Below, piece after piece: positions 40,601 to 49,700 of a stretch of DNA of 64,000 bases. The position numbers were made by a program, and so were the translations under genes. The number at the start of each line of letters is the position of its first letter. The first letter of the stretch is position 1. Origin of the DNA: Phoronis australis (lineage: Eukaryota; Animalia; Phoronida); NCBI GenBank assembly GCA_002633005.1, contig NMRA01000103.1, forward strand, positions 589,612 to 653,611, written 5' to 3'. The notes below the pieces were generated by a model that worked only from the letters and a program-made list of their open reading frames with translations, had not been told where the DNA came from and made no database searches.

Positions 40601-43600
40601 CAGCACCACTCCCATATGACATCCTGGATCTACCAGAAGTTAGAACACAAAATTCCAGCTCACCGAAAACACTGACATCTTTTGGTCAATAAATTGATTA
40701 AAAGAACTAATGTCATTGAAATGTTTATCTGTCGGGGCAAAGCCTCAGCACTTTCAAACAAAAATAATTGCTAGAACTGCTCTTTTTTCATTCTATGTGG
40801 CTTCTAGTAAACTTTGTTGCGAACGTCTGCTGCAATTCTTCAAAATAGCAGCCTGATGGTAGATACAGAATAAAACTTGCTATTTTTTGCTTAGAAAAAA
40901 AAAAGAAATATCACTTGACTCATATTGTGTCCAAATTTGGCAAGATTTCATCATAGTTTGCGCACAAAGTGGTATGAAATGGCATTCCAAATGAGAGACA
41001 CAGTCATCAGACTTCATGCAGGCTCTATTCATGTACATTACAAGACAAAAGAAATCAGACAATATACTGTTTCCCAGTCATGACAGCTGATACAGTCACG
41101 GTTAACAACGACATTGAGTGGCATAAATAATTACGGTGGCAAAACTATAATTACAGATTGGCTTAGCCAACTTACTAACTTCCCTTTTAATTTCCCTTCA
41201 ATCTGGGTAACACGAAAAAACTCCAACAACGAATTTGGCTCCTGCCCAACCGCCATGACGGGGAATTCCGGATCATTTTGATGTGTGAACACGTTTGGCG
41301 TTTACTGTAGTCTTTTACAATTACTGATAATTAATTCAATGAACAATGTAAAACATCAACAAAATTTAAATGTAAGACACAATATAGCAACATACCCGAA
41401 GATGAGGCAAATAGTTTAGTGAGTGAACTTACACACACAATTTTACCAGCATGCATGATCAGGACTTTGAAGCAGTTAATCCTGTGTTGGTTTGCTCAGA
41501 AAATCACACTTTTAAGTTTAAGATTCAAATTTCCACGATGGCTGTTAACGGAAGCATTCAAGCAAAAGTTTGTCAAGCGTACTTGTGTTGGGACGCCATT
41601 TTTGTATGAGGTGAGAAAGTGAAAAAGCGTTTTTAATAGGATTTTCTAAATAAGACGAAAATATTTCCATTGCACCAGGGTCTTGGTCAAAAGGGTGCAA
41701 CGGAGGTGTCAGTATTGTGGGATGGAAATGTTTAAATTGTAATGACTATGTGAAAGGGGGTATCCATTTGTAACATTAGTGTTATGTAAGAAAGCTCGAG
41801 TCCACATTGCAATGTGGGTGTTCCCAGTTGTCGAGCTTCAGCCTTGCCTGTTCAATCGCTCTCGTCGTTCCCGCCGCCGTCTGTCGACATCGTCTTCCTC
41901 AACATTATTGTCCCTGTCAAGGTGCACAAACGTGAAGAGATAATGACAGATACTACCACACAACAAGGGGTCAGACAAAAACTACTGGGTAAGTTCCGTA
42001 GAGCGAGCTTCTCGTGAGTTGGAACAGATCACACAATAACATGTGAGTGAAAAGCGAGTGTCGGTTTTGCAAAAGTACGTTAGAGACTGGTGTATACTAT
42101 CAAAATGGCCACAACTGAAGTGATTGGAGAACAAGACTAAAATGTAGAATTATGGATGAAAATTCACTGTTTCTATTCCATATGCCACGATTTCTCACTA
42201 AAAGTCTTGCGTTACGGAGCGTGCCCTTGATTAATGCGTACGACAGAAAAACTTGAAATGATTGTTCCGGATATCATCTTAAAATTTGAATTTCAGATAC
42301 GAAAAAAATTACAGTATCCGTCAGTGTTTATGCACACTTAAACCGTGTTTAGATTCAGCAAGTAAAAATTCATGCATGTTGAACAGCCTACTAACAGTAG
42401 GACTACTTGGGTTTTCAAAAAGTGAACTGGTGACAAAGTGGAGTCATACCGTAAACATCACCCACAAATTCAATACTAATTTAAAGTGTCTCAAAGCTCC
42501 ATGCAGCGACATCTTAGCCAAAATCACAACAATTTTGGTTCATGTTTTAAGATGAATACCTTCCTTTTTTTAGTACGGCGACTTAACTTTTCCTAATTAC
42601 ATAACAAAAGAGAATGGACCGAATGAAGTTCATTAATTGCTTTAACGAAAAGATTCAGTGTCACTATCTTGATTTATTCCAGTTTGAAATTTGCTATTCT
42701 GGCTTAACCTAGTTAGCGTTGTGTTGGTCTTTTTACGATGAAACATTGATTGTGAAGACATATGTAGCCAAGATACTTTTAGCACACATAAGCAGTTAAC
42801 AAAAGCATGTTAAAGTAAGTTTCAAAATCCTTAATAATTGCTTTTTCTAATCAATTTGTGCACTACCTCTCAAGATGTTTCTATAAGAGTATTTTACAAT
42901 GGCCAATCAAAAAAGACATGGATTTTTAAAACAAAATGTTTGCAGTAGGATGATTGACATCTCAAATCTCCAAATCTGAGCAGGTATAAGAATTCAATCA
43001 GCACATAAAAATCCAAAGTCTCAAATCATCGTTACAGTCTTAATGAAGAGAAAAATTGGGAAAATTTTGAAGTTAAAATCAATTCTATAACATGTAACAA
43101 GTCCATATTCATCAATATGTACCTATTTCATGTTAAGACAAGCTAGTCTAACTAGGGGCAAACTACAACAAAACAACTGGAACTACTGGAAACAAATGAA
43201 GCACTTTACTATGTGAACATAATTATATAAAACAACATGCCAAACTGAGCTTTATCACACCAATCTGTGTCAATTTTAAGCCACTTTGTAGTCATAACAT
43301 CGACAAGACAAAACAAAAAACAGTGCACAAACTGTTAACAACTTAATAACTTCAAATTGCCAAGCAATAAAGAAACAAATTCAGGAAGCTTTATTTTAAC
43401 AGAAAAGCAATTGTATGTATTCTGTAACTTGTCCAAATGTTGACATGACGTGTCACAAACGGTGAAATACATTTCAGCAATTACTTTTTGTTAACTTGAT
43501 TTGAGTGCTGGTCTTGTGACGCCTGTCAAAAATCGACAGACTACAATTACAAAGTAATATGAGAAACATACGATTGTTCCATTCGAGCTCGGCGACGTTC

Positions 43601-46600
43601 CTCTCTCCTCTTTGCCAGACTATCTGACACCTCACTCTCTTCATCTTGCGTAGCCGCTCTAAGCATGCAATGAGTCAAAACATAGAGCATGCCAAAACAC
43701 GTGAATACACACAGAAACTACAGAGACAATGGTGAGGGAAAAGTATTTTTTCCTTGATGCCGCAATAAACCCGCATTCCATTCAAGCAAATTTTTGATTT
43801 AGAACAATTACCAGACAAGTGCAAAATTTGTCTCAACTTGTTGCTTCACTCAGAGTGACCTGGTTTCTGGGTTTGCAATGAACTGATAGTTTGTTTTTCC
43901 TAGAGACTGTGCTGGGGGTAACTTGTAGTGCCTGTTCTAAGCAATAACCAACTGTCAGTTCTTCTGAACCACTAAAATCGCCCTCGGTTTGACTAAGGAA
44001 CAACTTGAGACCAATTTCAAGTTAATTTTGGGATGGAAAGCGAATTTATAGTTGCTTCAATAGATGGATTGATAAAAATTTATTGTGAGATTAACATATC
44101 GTGTGTACGAAAAAGGTAAAAATTGAATTTTAGACATGATTTTCTGCTTTTTTCCACAACTGCATACTCGATAGCAGAGTACATAGCCTTTAAATTTGCT
44201 TATGACAGTTTCTTACTAAAACATTAATGTGATGATGGGCTCACGCTTACAGCCAAACACTAAAATCAACATAATCTCATTTCCAAAATATATAAGGTTG
44301 CTTTAGAGTTAGTTATAAGCACTGTTAATTTGGATCAAAGTATTCAACACAAATAAATAAATAAATAATAAATTACTTAAATGAAATTAGCTAACGACAT
44401 TCTGCGGTAATCAAATTACACATCTTGGCAAAGCCCAATCCTTACCATAAGTCTAAAACGATATGGCACTTATTGTCTGCTATGGATAAAATAAGTAAAA
44501 TAACCTTTGCTAAAAAAATTCAACGAATGATCAATACAATCTTATGAATGTCCAGAAGAAAGTCCATGTGAGTGATATCTTTGAAGAAAACCCGAGTTCC
44601 ACACCTCCTCCAATAGAAGAAAATCTTTCCCGAAAATGACATTTCTCAATAATTTTTTAAAGTCATTAACTCAACATCATTTGTGCACATCTCCATTGTA
44701 ATTTTCAAGGGCCACTCCTTAGTAATAGACATCAGTGCCGAGACTGAGTGTACAGAAGCAGCAGACTGAACTACATTGTTAAGACAGAGAAATAAGTCTC
44801 ATCAGGGCTCATCTGTCTACCTTACGGAATGCTTCAAGCTAATATTCGCATGGTTATGATTTTGAAACATTTCATGATGGCCGTAGCCAGTGCCAGTTTG
44901 ATGGGTTGTACTTAGCTCAAGATTGTTGTTTAACTTTGACATTTAGACCATGCATTAAAACAAAATTGTTAGTAACAATTAACATGCAGTTGTGGTGAAC
45001 TCTTGTTAAAATGCTTTTGAAATAAACTGTTTAAGGTTATGCGCAATCTCATTGACAAGTCCATGTATTTAGCCAAAATTCTAACTCTGTAAAAATAGAT
45101 ATTCTCTGAAAGTAAAAAGACTATAAATTTTGATTTTTGACTTTTTACCAATGTCACCAATTGAGTCACGTGAATTTTTTTCCAAAAAGGAAGACACATT
45201 GACAGCAAATCAACGGTATCAATAACATAACCAAATTTAATTTGATACACAGTTAATGCACGAGATGGAATTGCAACAATATTGTTACAGCTTGTCAAAT
45301 TATCATTACATTTTCGTTTTGCGTAATGTTTTACTTTTTTCACAAAAATCATAGAGTCTTATTTGTATAGCCTATCACGCAAATATAAAACATTTGAAAA
45401 ATAATTCCTAACAATATTTTAGTGAACAGTGGATAAACTATAGTATCTAAAACCTTCACGTGAATCCGATCACCCTTTTCTGAGATTGTTTATCCGATGA
45501 TATAGAGCGTCCGCACACACAAATCCAATAACTAGGGTAAGGCAGAAGTTGTCGCTCTGGGCGTGACAGTGAACACCTATTTTTATGCGAATACCCTGAG
45601 CAAGAGAAAACCCGTCTGTACATAACCACAGCAGATAATTACTTCCACCCTACCCCACTTTTGTGACCACACAGCGATTAGAAGTGGCGCAAGTTACCCT
45701 AGAACAACATACTCCACCTCGATAAGGTGGAGTAAGTTGTCACAGGAGGGGTAAGTTGAACAAGCTTAAATAGTAGACTTAAACCTAGCGACAACTCATT
45801 CCAGGAGTAACTTGTTATGCAGGGTAACTCTGTGTGTGGATGGCACTTTAAATAAATTTACACACGTTAATCAATGAAGTCGTCCGATTCTTGTTTCTCA
45901 TTTTGTAATACTCAAATCAGTGTTTTCTCTCTCCTCCAGAAACGTCAATTTACGCCGCAAATCAAAGCTAAGACTTCTAACATTTATATGAACTGAAGAA
46001 GTTGAGGCAAATTATTAAAAAAATAAATTTACATAACTGTTTTCTTCAGATTTTATGCGATCAGCACTAAAATACGAAATCTTAGCAGCCTGCCAATAGG
46101 GCCGTCCCAGATTAGACAGCGACACTCAAATCTCGCCAGATTTACTCACAATGCCGTAAACATTCTTCAGGCACATTTACTGCCTTGTTTTCATGCCACT
46201 GTAGTTTCACATGTTATTTGTTGTTGTGTGATTCTTTACAAAATTTATTTCCCGGTTGCATTACTCTATTCGTCCTTCCAATGCCAATGAAGTATTACCG
46301 CAGTACTATGGGTTGCAATTCCAACGTAAGAAAGTTTGATAAACTGTACAAACACTAGTGGATGCGTGATCTGAAATTCTTCACCTTCACGACATCAATG
46401 ACAAACACGAAAATGTGCCTGATTTCCAAAATGCGCTTTCTTATCTCTGGACAAAGGAGAGTTCAATCACCGTGTAATCCCAGACAGCCCTATTGTTCTG
46501 CAAAGACTAAATAAATGAAAGATGTGTTATAACAGAAACAATGTCTATAATCATCGTAGTTTACTCCAAATAAAATAAATAATCTCGATACCGAAGGAAA

Positions 46601-46703
46601 ACAAATTAATGCTCTGTAAATATAATCATCGTCAGTCGTTCACTTACTCTCTCTCAGCACGGGCCTTGCGCCGAGCTTCTCGACGTGCTTCTAAATCACT
46701 CAT
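4565..46703 (-). CDS. TnI: Troponin I, invertebrate long form (spliced CDS span, about 418 aa using one exon from each duplicated cluster)
   Basis: Manually joined exons give ...GLGGLSPEKKKLLK-KLIMERA...-DLE..C.KLY....[44 protein letters not shown]...PDWRNNLK, the characteristic protostome TnI motifs. All junction phases fit; total 1257 nt including stop. Confidence 0.95.
8094..8173. repeat. Short tandem repeat, about 3 x 25 bp (AATAAACCCAGCAGACGCGTAACTG)
   Basis: Three imperfect direct copies. Confidence 0.85.
8348..8430. repeat. Short tandem repeat, about 3 x 26 bp (ACTCAAGAGACACTAGGTGGCACACC)
   Basis: Two near-identical copies and one degenerate copy. Confidence 0.8.
9335..10045 (-). mobile_element. 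Decayed Penelope-like retroelement: RT-thumb/linker, GIY-YIG endonuclease remnant and pseudo-LTR
   Basis: Frameshifted minus-strand translation: SIPYIKNLSEELSRTFRSHGV / TFFKLNNTIWEKLVRPKDPVP / CVVYQLSCKD / SYIGETK / GKVKEVAY..CPNLNRDQGLRLPMVYDLIL, then a GAAACGTC pLTR motif. Confidence 0.85.
9516..9560 (-). ncRNA. Degenerate minimal type-I hammerhead ribozyme motif in the Penelope pLTR
   Basis: Minus strand: AGTCA-GAGAACAAG-GGCCTT.AGAGAG.AGGGC-GGAAACGTC-TGACT. Stem I, stem II and GAAACGUC are present; the CUGANGA box is mutated. Confidence 0.55.
10318..10414 (-). CDS. TnI: TnI exon, 97 nt: LAKLQKISDKKGIQAQLKSTGKSQYAIEEKEE
   Basis: CTTTCAG acceptor (phase 2), GAG|GTGCGA donor (phase 0). Confidence 0.9.
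11012..11180. mobile_element. Degenerate foldback/MITE
   Basis: Imperfect inverted repeat of about 45 bp (TAATCTCTGTACTCA...TTAATCAATTACA vs TGTGACTGATTAA...TGAGTCTAAGAGATTA). Confidence 0.5.
12430..12737 (+). mobile_element. Helentron-associated (HINE/DINE-1-like) element, truncated
   Basis: CCAAATTTCCTGAAG core, GGAC/GAC-rich tract and 3' hairpin CCCACA-CAAATATA-TGTGGG; similar to 36.4-36.7 kb. Left boundary approximate. Confidence 0.55.
13047..13088 (-). CDS. TnI: TnI exon, 42 nt: [13 protein letters not shown](K)
   Basis: CTTTCAG acceptor, AA|GTAAGT donor; completes the inhibitory peptide [11 protein letters not shown]. Confidence 0.95.
13785..13975 (+). repeat. Dispersed repeat family, copy 1 (other copies about 15495-15690 and 50295-50490)
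   Basis: Shared blocks resembling GGAC(C/T)CTA..AAAATG, AAATGG..GATT and GTTCC..TTTGCA....G.CT.TCAAAA in all three copies. Confidence 0.65.
14353..14396 (-). CDS. TnI: TnI exon, 44 nt: [14 protein letters not shown](F)
   Basis: TTTCAG acceptor, TT|GTAAGT donor; start of the inhibitory region. Confidence 0.95.
17044..17144 (-). CDS. TnI: TnI alternative exon B3, 101 nt: DLEKLVKKLYQRYASLEEQKLDWELQNKKIALQ
   Basis: TTTTATTGCAG acceptor, CAG|GTTGAT donor (weaker), phase 1-0, no stop. Confidence 0.82.
17232..17332 (-). CDS. TnI: TnI alternative exon B2, 101 nt: [33 protein letters not shown]
   Basis: GTTTTCAG acceptor, GAG|GTATTG donor, phase 1-0. Confidence 0.92.
17766..17866 (-). CDS. TnI: TnI alternative exon B1, 101 nt: ALEKLCVQLYERMYALEDDKYEWELRLGKQDLE
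   Basis: ATTTTCAG acceptor, GAG|GTGAGG donor, phase 1-0. Confidence 0.9.
18645..19157. mobile_element. MITE, 513 bp, 13-bp perfect TIR CAGGGCTTGGAAT, 6-bp TSD AGTTTA
   Basis: TIRs and TSDs read directly (TSD 18639-18644 and 19158-19163); many subterminal GCGGAA repeats; CAG...CTG ends are hAT-like. Confidence 0.9.
19401..19557. mobile_element. MITE, 157 bp, imperfect TIR CAGGGGCAGATCCAG / CTAAATCCACCACTG, 5-bp TSD CACTA
   Basis: TSD at 19396-19400 and 19558-19562; GC-rich subterminal regions. Confidence 0.8.
20755..21361. mobile_element. Long-TIR foldback element interrupted by a MITE
   Basis: ATTTTGCCCTGTTTAGCTGGATAAAA vs TTTTAGCCAGATAAACAGGGCAAAAT; pairing resumes after the insert (TTCCTTAATGTGATAGGA vs TCCTATCACAGTAAGGAA); right end CT followed by TTAA. 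Confidence 0.7.
20816..21081. mobile_element. MITE, 266 bp, 15-bp perfect TIR CATGCGCGCACCCAG, 5-bp TSD CATAA
   Basis: TSD at 20811-20815 and 21082-21086. Confidence 0.9.
22485..22605 (-). CDS. TnI: TnI alternative exon A2, 121 nt: KIIMERAAAELKQEALRKAEEKEAHIRSLVEPITVDGLGA
   Basis: TTTCTCAG acceptor, CAG|GTAGGG donor, phase 0-1; same length as A1. Confidence 0.9.
24635..24755 (-). CDS. TnI: TnI alternative exon A1, 121 nt: KLIMERAMDDIKREQEAKAAERTRIITERVEPLEINGMDE
   Basis: TTGTAG acceptor, A|GTATGT donor, phase 0-1; paralog of A2. Confidence 0.9.
25341..25436 (-). CDS. TnI: TnI exon, 96 nt: EERKQREEEEKKKKTKRTGLGGLSPEKKKLLK
   Basis: TTAACAG acceptor, AAG|GTAAGA donor; molluscan-type GLGGLSPEKKK motif. 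Confidence 0.95.
25893..25943 (-). CDS. TnI: TnI exon, 51 nt: EAEERQRQEEERRQKEE
   Basis: GTATCAG acceptor, GAG|GTAACA donor, phase 0-0. Confidence 0.9.
27460..27522 (-). CDS. TnI: TnI exon, 63 nt: EAEEAAERERQAEEEARREQE
   Basis: GACAG acceptor, GAG|GTAGGT donor, phase 0-0. Confidence 0.9.
28294..28323 (-). CDS. TnI: Candidate TnI 30-nt microexon RGKVFRGRLM (or 3' end of an alternative first exon ending in ATG)
   Basis: GTGCGTAG acceptor after a long GU-rich tract; perfect ATG|GTAAGT donor; phase 0-0 with no stop. Confidence 0.5.
28350..28416. repeat. Low-complexity repeat of about 12 bp (AACACCACACGC), GU-rich on the TnI strand
   Basis: About five imperfect copies just upstream of the candidate microexon. 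Confidence 0.7.
30384..30533. repeat. Tandem duplication, 2 x 75 bp
   Basis: CTTTCAATTCTTAAAA..GAAGCAT...AATAGGTTTTCTTC.GCAT.GCAG.TAA.CCAC starts at 30384 and again at 30459. Confidence 0.9.
32266..32841. mobile_element. piggyBac-like non-autonomous element
   Basis: TTAA|CTCTTTCACTG ... CAGTGAAAGAG|TTAG: 11-bp TIR with a near-TTAA target duplication. Confidence 0.6.
33517..33642. mobile_element. Small foldback element (related copy at 51790-51934)
   Basis: TCTGGTTGGCACGCCACCTGTTGGC ... GCCAACAGGTGGTGTGTTGATCAGA inverted arms. Confidence 0.65.
34009..34119 (-). CDS. TnI: TnI exon, 111 nt: ERRRRMQEEEEREAREIEEREAAEKERKRKMREAEER
   Basis: ATTTCAG acceptor, AGG|GTGAGC donor, phase 0-0. Confidence 0.9.
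34561..34641 (-). CDS. TnI: TnI exon, 81 nt: APAPAVDDAAAEQAAAEEAERQRKEAE
   Basis: TTGTAG acceptor, GAG|GTAAAC donor, phase 0-0. Confidence 0.9.
35573..36683 (+). mobile_element. Helentron-associated (HINE/DINE-1-like) element
   Basis: 5' AACTAAG with short inverted repeat TGCTGCCC..GGGCAACA, internal (C/A)AAATTTCATGAA repeats, GAC-rich tract, perfect 3' hairpin CACCCACA-CATATATA-TGTGGGTG (36651-36674) and A-rich tail. The 5' boundary is tentative. Confidence 0.6.
37311..37376 (-). CDS. TnI: TnI exon, 66 nt: DSSAARRRRRRNYDEDESTTQE
   Basis: ATTACAG acceptor, GAG|GTATCT donor, phase 0-0. Confidence 0.85.
38572..38581. promoter_or_regulatory. Perfect MEF2 consensus site CTAAAAATAG in a TnI intron
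   Basis: Exact match to CTA(A/T)4TAG in a muscle gene; it could occur by chance in AT-rich DNA. Confidence 0.3.
38691..38802 (-). CDS. TnI: TnI exon, 112 nt: AAAGGGGDEETTSSRRSRRRGGDEEDAPAPAPAAEEE
   Basis: ATTCCAG acceptor (phase 2), GAG|GTATGA donor (phase 0). Confidence 0.9.
41848..41913 (-). CDS. TnI: TnI exon, 66 nt, phase 2-2 with GC donor: DNNVEEDDVDRRRRERRERLN(R)
   Basis: TTGACAG acceptor; CAG|GCAAGG is the only plausible donor in the required phase before an in-frame TGA. Confidence 0.75.
43572..43658 (-). CDS. TnI: TnI exon, 87 nt, phase 2-2: AATQDEESEVSDSLAKRREERRRARMEQ(S)
   Basis: TTAG acceptor, TC|GTATGT donor, in frame with neighbours. Confidence 0.85.
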
Positions 46704-46739
46704 GATTGGAGATTAGGTGTCTTGGTAAGGAATGAAAAT
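46648..46739 (-). CDS. TnI: TnI first coding exon (5' UTR 46739-46704; ATG at 46703): MSDLEARREARRKARAER(E)
   Basis: TTTTGTTTCAG acceptor, ATG, GA|GTAAGT phase-2 donor. Confidence 0.85.
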
Positions 46740-49700
46740 CTGAAACAAAAGAGAACAGATTACAGGTCAAGTGATTTTTGTGAAAAATAGGACTTGAAAG
46801 TTTCTTTGCAGAACTTTGGAATTAGGCCAACTACCAGCCCTTCATCAAGGTTAGACCTTAATTTCAGATCTCGCGAGCATTCTTTTGCTTCTATTCATTG
46901 AAATGTGAAGCGAAATCAAAGTTGAAAGCGTTTTACAGGTTTATAACAAATTTAAAAGAAATAGTAGCTACCTCGCAGTTTAAGTCTGTAAGCAAACTTG
47001 GCAAAACCAGGGAGATCATTTGATGCTTTTTTGACGTACATTATCAGTCACACAGGGGCGAATAAGATAAAAATCTATATATCTTAGTGGACTCACTACA
47101 TGATGCTCAAAGTTTACCACAATTTGCCACAAGATCAGTTGCACCAAACAGGTGTGGCAGACGCTTGAAAAAGTCGGCAGCTGCTGACGAAAAGTCAATC
47201 AAAATTCTCCAGTGAGTCCAGTAAAAATCTTTATTTTTTCTGTATCATAACAATTAGTTTGAGTTCAAGTTTGAATCGTACCACATGGCAGTCAAATCAA
47301 AAAGGTAGGATAAAATCTCATCAATTTTTGACAAAAATAATTCCCAAAAATGCCTTTTTCTCATTTTTCATGCCAAGAATTGTGCAATGACACTTGGCTT
47401 ACCTCAAAATCAAACTGCTGCCTGGTGGCTTGGTAACTGGCCCTATTATGTTGCACACCCAGCAGAATTAATGGGAAACATATTATTGCAACATTAAACA
47501 GACAATTTACGTTGTAAAAGTCACATTTCTTGTCTAATGTTCAAAATTTAAAACCTAATCACATGTGGTTTTCACGAACTACTTAAATATGCTATTCACA
47601 AACTTTTAAAACGAAAATTTAAAATACTGTCACCCCAATGTGTTTATGATCGTCTCATCATCTAGATAATGATAAAATCAAAACTCAACAGCCTGAGGCG
47701 ATTCAACAGCATGGCATCTCTGATCTGAACCAACAGACTCTGTGGTGCGCAAACCAGTTGAGTTGCCCAATTTCAACTGAACCAGATTCTTTTCATGCCT
47801 AGGGTTTCAAACAATCTTGCAAACTTCAAGTGACACAAATCTTGAACATGGAAAGGCATATTATTTGGTGCTGCATATTTTTCATGGAAAAATTATCATA
47901 TAAATTTTTACTTATCGGCCATACTGTGTCCTAAATTGATAATTTTACCATACAGTCTACGATGGCAGGCAGACAAATCAGCGAGTCAAAAAAGGAACAG
48001 CAGGAAAGATCTGTGAGAGGTAACCAATGAAACACACAGCCAGTCCACTGAATTTTCCTGAGGCCCAAATTGGTCTCCTCAACAGAGCATCAACGACAGC
48101 GTGGTTATCCTCCATCATGAAGGATGACCATGATAGGGTGACAAAGCGGGGAGGAATTGCAGATTTAGGCAAGCCTCCAGTGTGGTTTTAACTCAGACCA
48201 CAGCACTTCCAAATCCAGATTAATCTAAAAGTTCATTGTTAATCGTTAATCCTTCTTGCAAGTCAATTATCTACTACAGTTCAACTAGCGCATCAATTTT
48301 CGCTAATTTTCATCATATTTCATCCGGTGAAAATCGGTCTTAGACTAACTTTTCACAAGGAATTCAATTTCAGAATCCTAACAAACATATCAATTTATTT
48401 TAGCCAGTGCTTTATTGCCATGAAGTCATGGCTTATGTCCTAATTGCCCTGCTCCATACAAAGGACCTTAGATCCAAGCTCCTGATAAACAGGTTAATTG
48501 ACTTTGACAGTGGCATGTGTACAAATCTAAAGGTGTAGTGAAATGAGAGAGCTTCAAATGCAGTTGAACAAGGGCAGATGATAGCCAGGGATATATAGTT
48601 GGACTGTCACATAAAACATGATAAGGTGGAAACAATCATTAACGGTGGAAATATCTTGAGTATTGAGTCAAGACCATCGCATACGTTCATGCACATCATA
48701 AATGCTAATCGTAACAATTTTGTTAGTGCGCACTTTCCGTGCCTCAAGGATTTGTGGAAGCAATGACAATAGCAAGTTATAGTAGATTAATATAAAAATT
48801 TCACTAATTCCGGAAAAACTAATTGTTAACATTGGTCTTTTTCATTTTTTAAAGTATTCTAACGCTGTTGTGAATGCCCAGTTTCTCAAAACACTGTCCA
48901 GTGCTAGGACTCTAATATTACTTTTCTCCCATAGTAAAAATGAAGAGATAAAATATCTCTTGTCAGCCATATTGTGTCTTAACTTTGTGAACTAAACTTC
49001 TTCAGTTCAAGGGCTGGCCCATAGGATTACTGCTGTTTAAAGACTGACTGTACAGAACACGAACAATATTCTGCAGAACACTCAAAAGTATTTAGACAAA
49101 ATTTCCCAGAATTCCCCATCATGACAGCTGATTAAAAGCCAAATTCGTAAGTAGCCATCGTTCACAACGAAGAATGAAGAGGAATAAACAAGTTAATACC
49201 GAGGCTAAGCCATAATGTAATTAGAATTTTGCCACCATAATTATACATAATGACTGGCAAACTGTGTTTTGTCTGATTGCTTCTGCCTTGTACTGTACAT
49301 TCAGCATAGGTCTTCTCATAGTCACGTCTCTGGCTGAGTTTCTCAAAGCATCTGTCAGATGAAAATCAAAACAGGGCACCATCCAAATGTGCTGGTTAGA
49401 AATACAGAGGCACTAAAGTTGAGCATAATTGACCTCTGTTACTATTACTATCTAGAGACATCTCACCTTTGGATAACCTGGTCTGACAGCCTCAACATTT
49501 CTAATGTGGAAGTCCTGTTAAATGTCAAGCCTGGCTCTGACTACTTGAGCTAAGAGCTCTTTAGCCAATACCCTCTTCACATATTATTCTAATAACCAGT
49601 AAGAAACAGAACTTTTGTTAGTGCAAACAGATCTAGACAAGCAACTCTCTGGATATAAGTAAGTGACGTATAGGGAGTTGTTAAAGATGCATTTCACACA

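Noticed and set aside
40521-40615. Possible alternative first exon MGVVLNHSLRRKW... with a phase-2 GTACGT donor
   Set aside because: Phase-compatible, but the donor is weak, the composition is unlike TnI and there is no promoter evidence.
47397-47460. Alternative candidate 5' UTR exon of TnI (GAG|GTAAGC after 47403)
   Set aside because: Good donor only; it cannot be ranked against the 56.7-kb and 62.1-kb candidates without transcripts.
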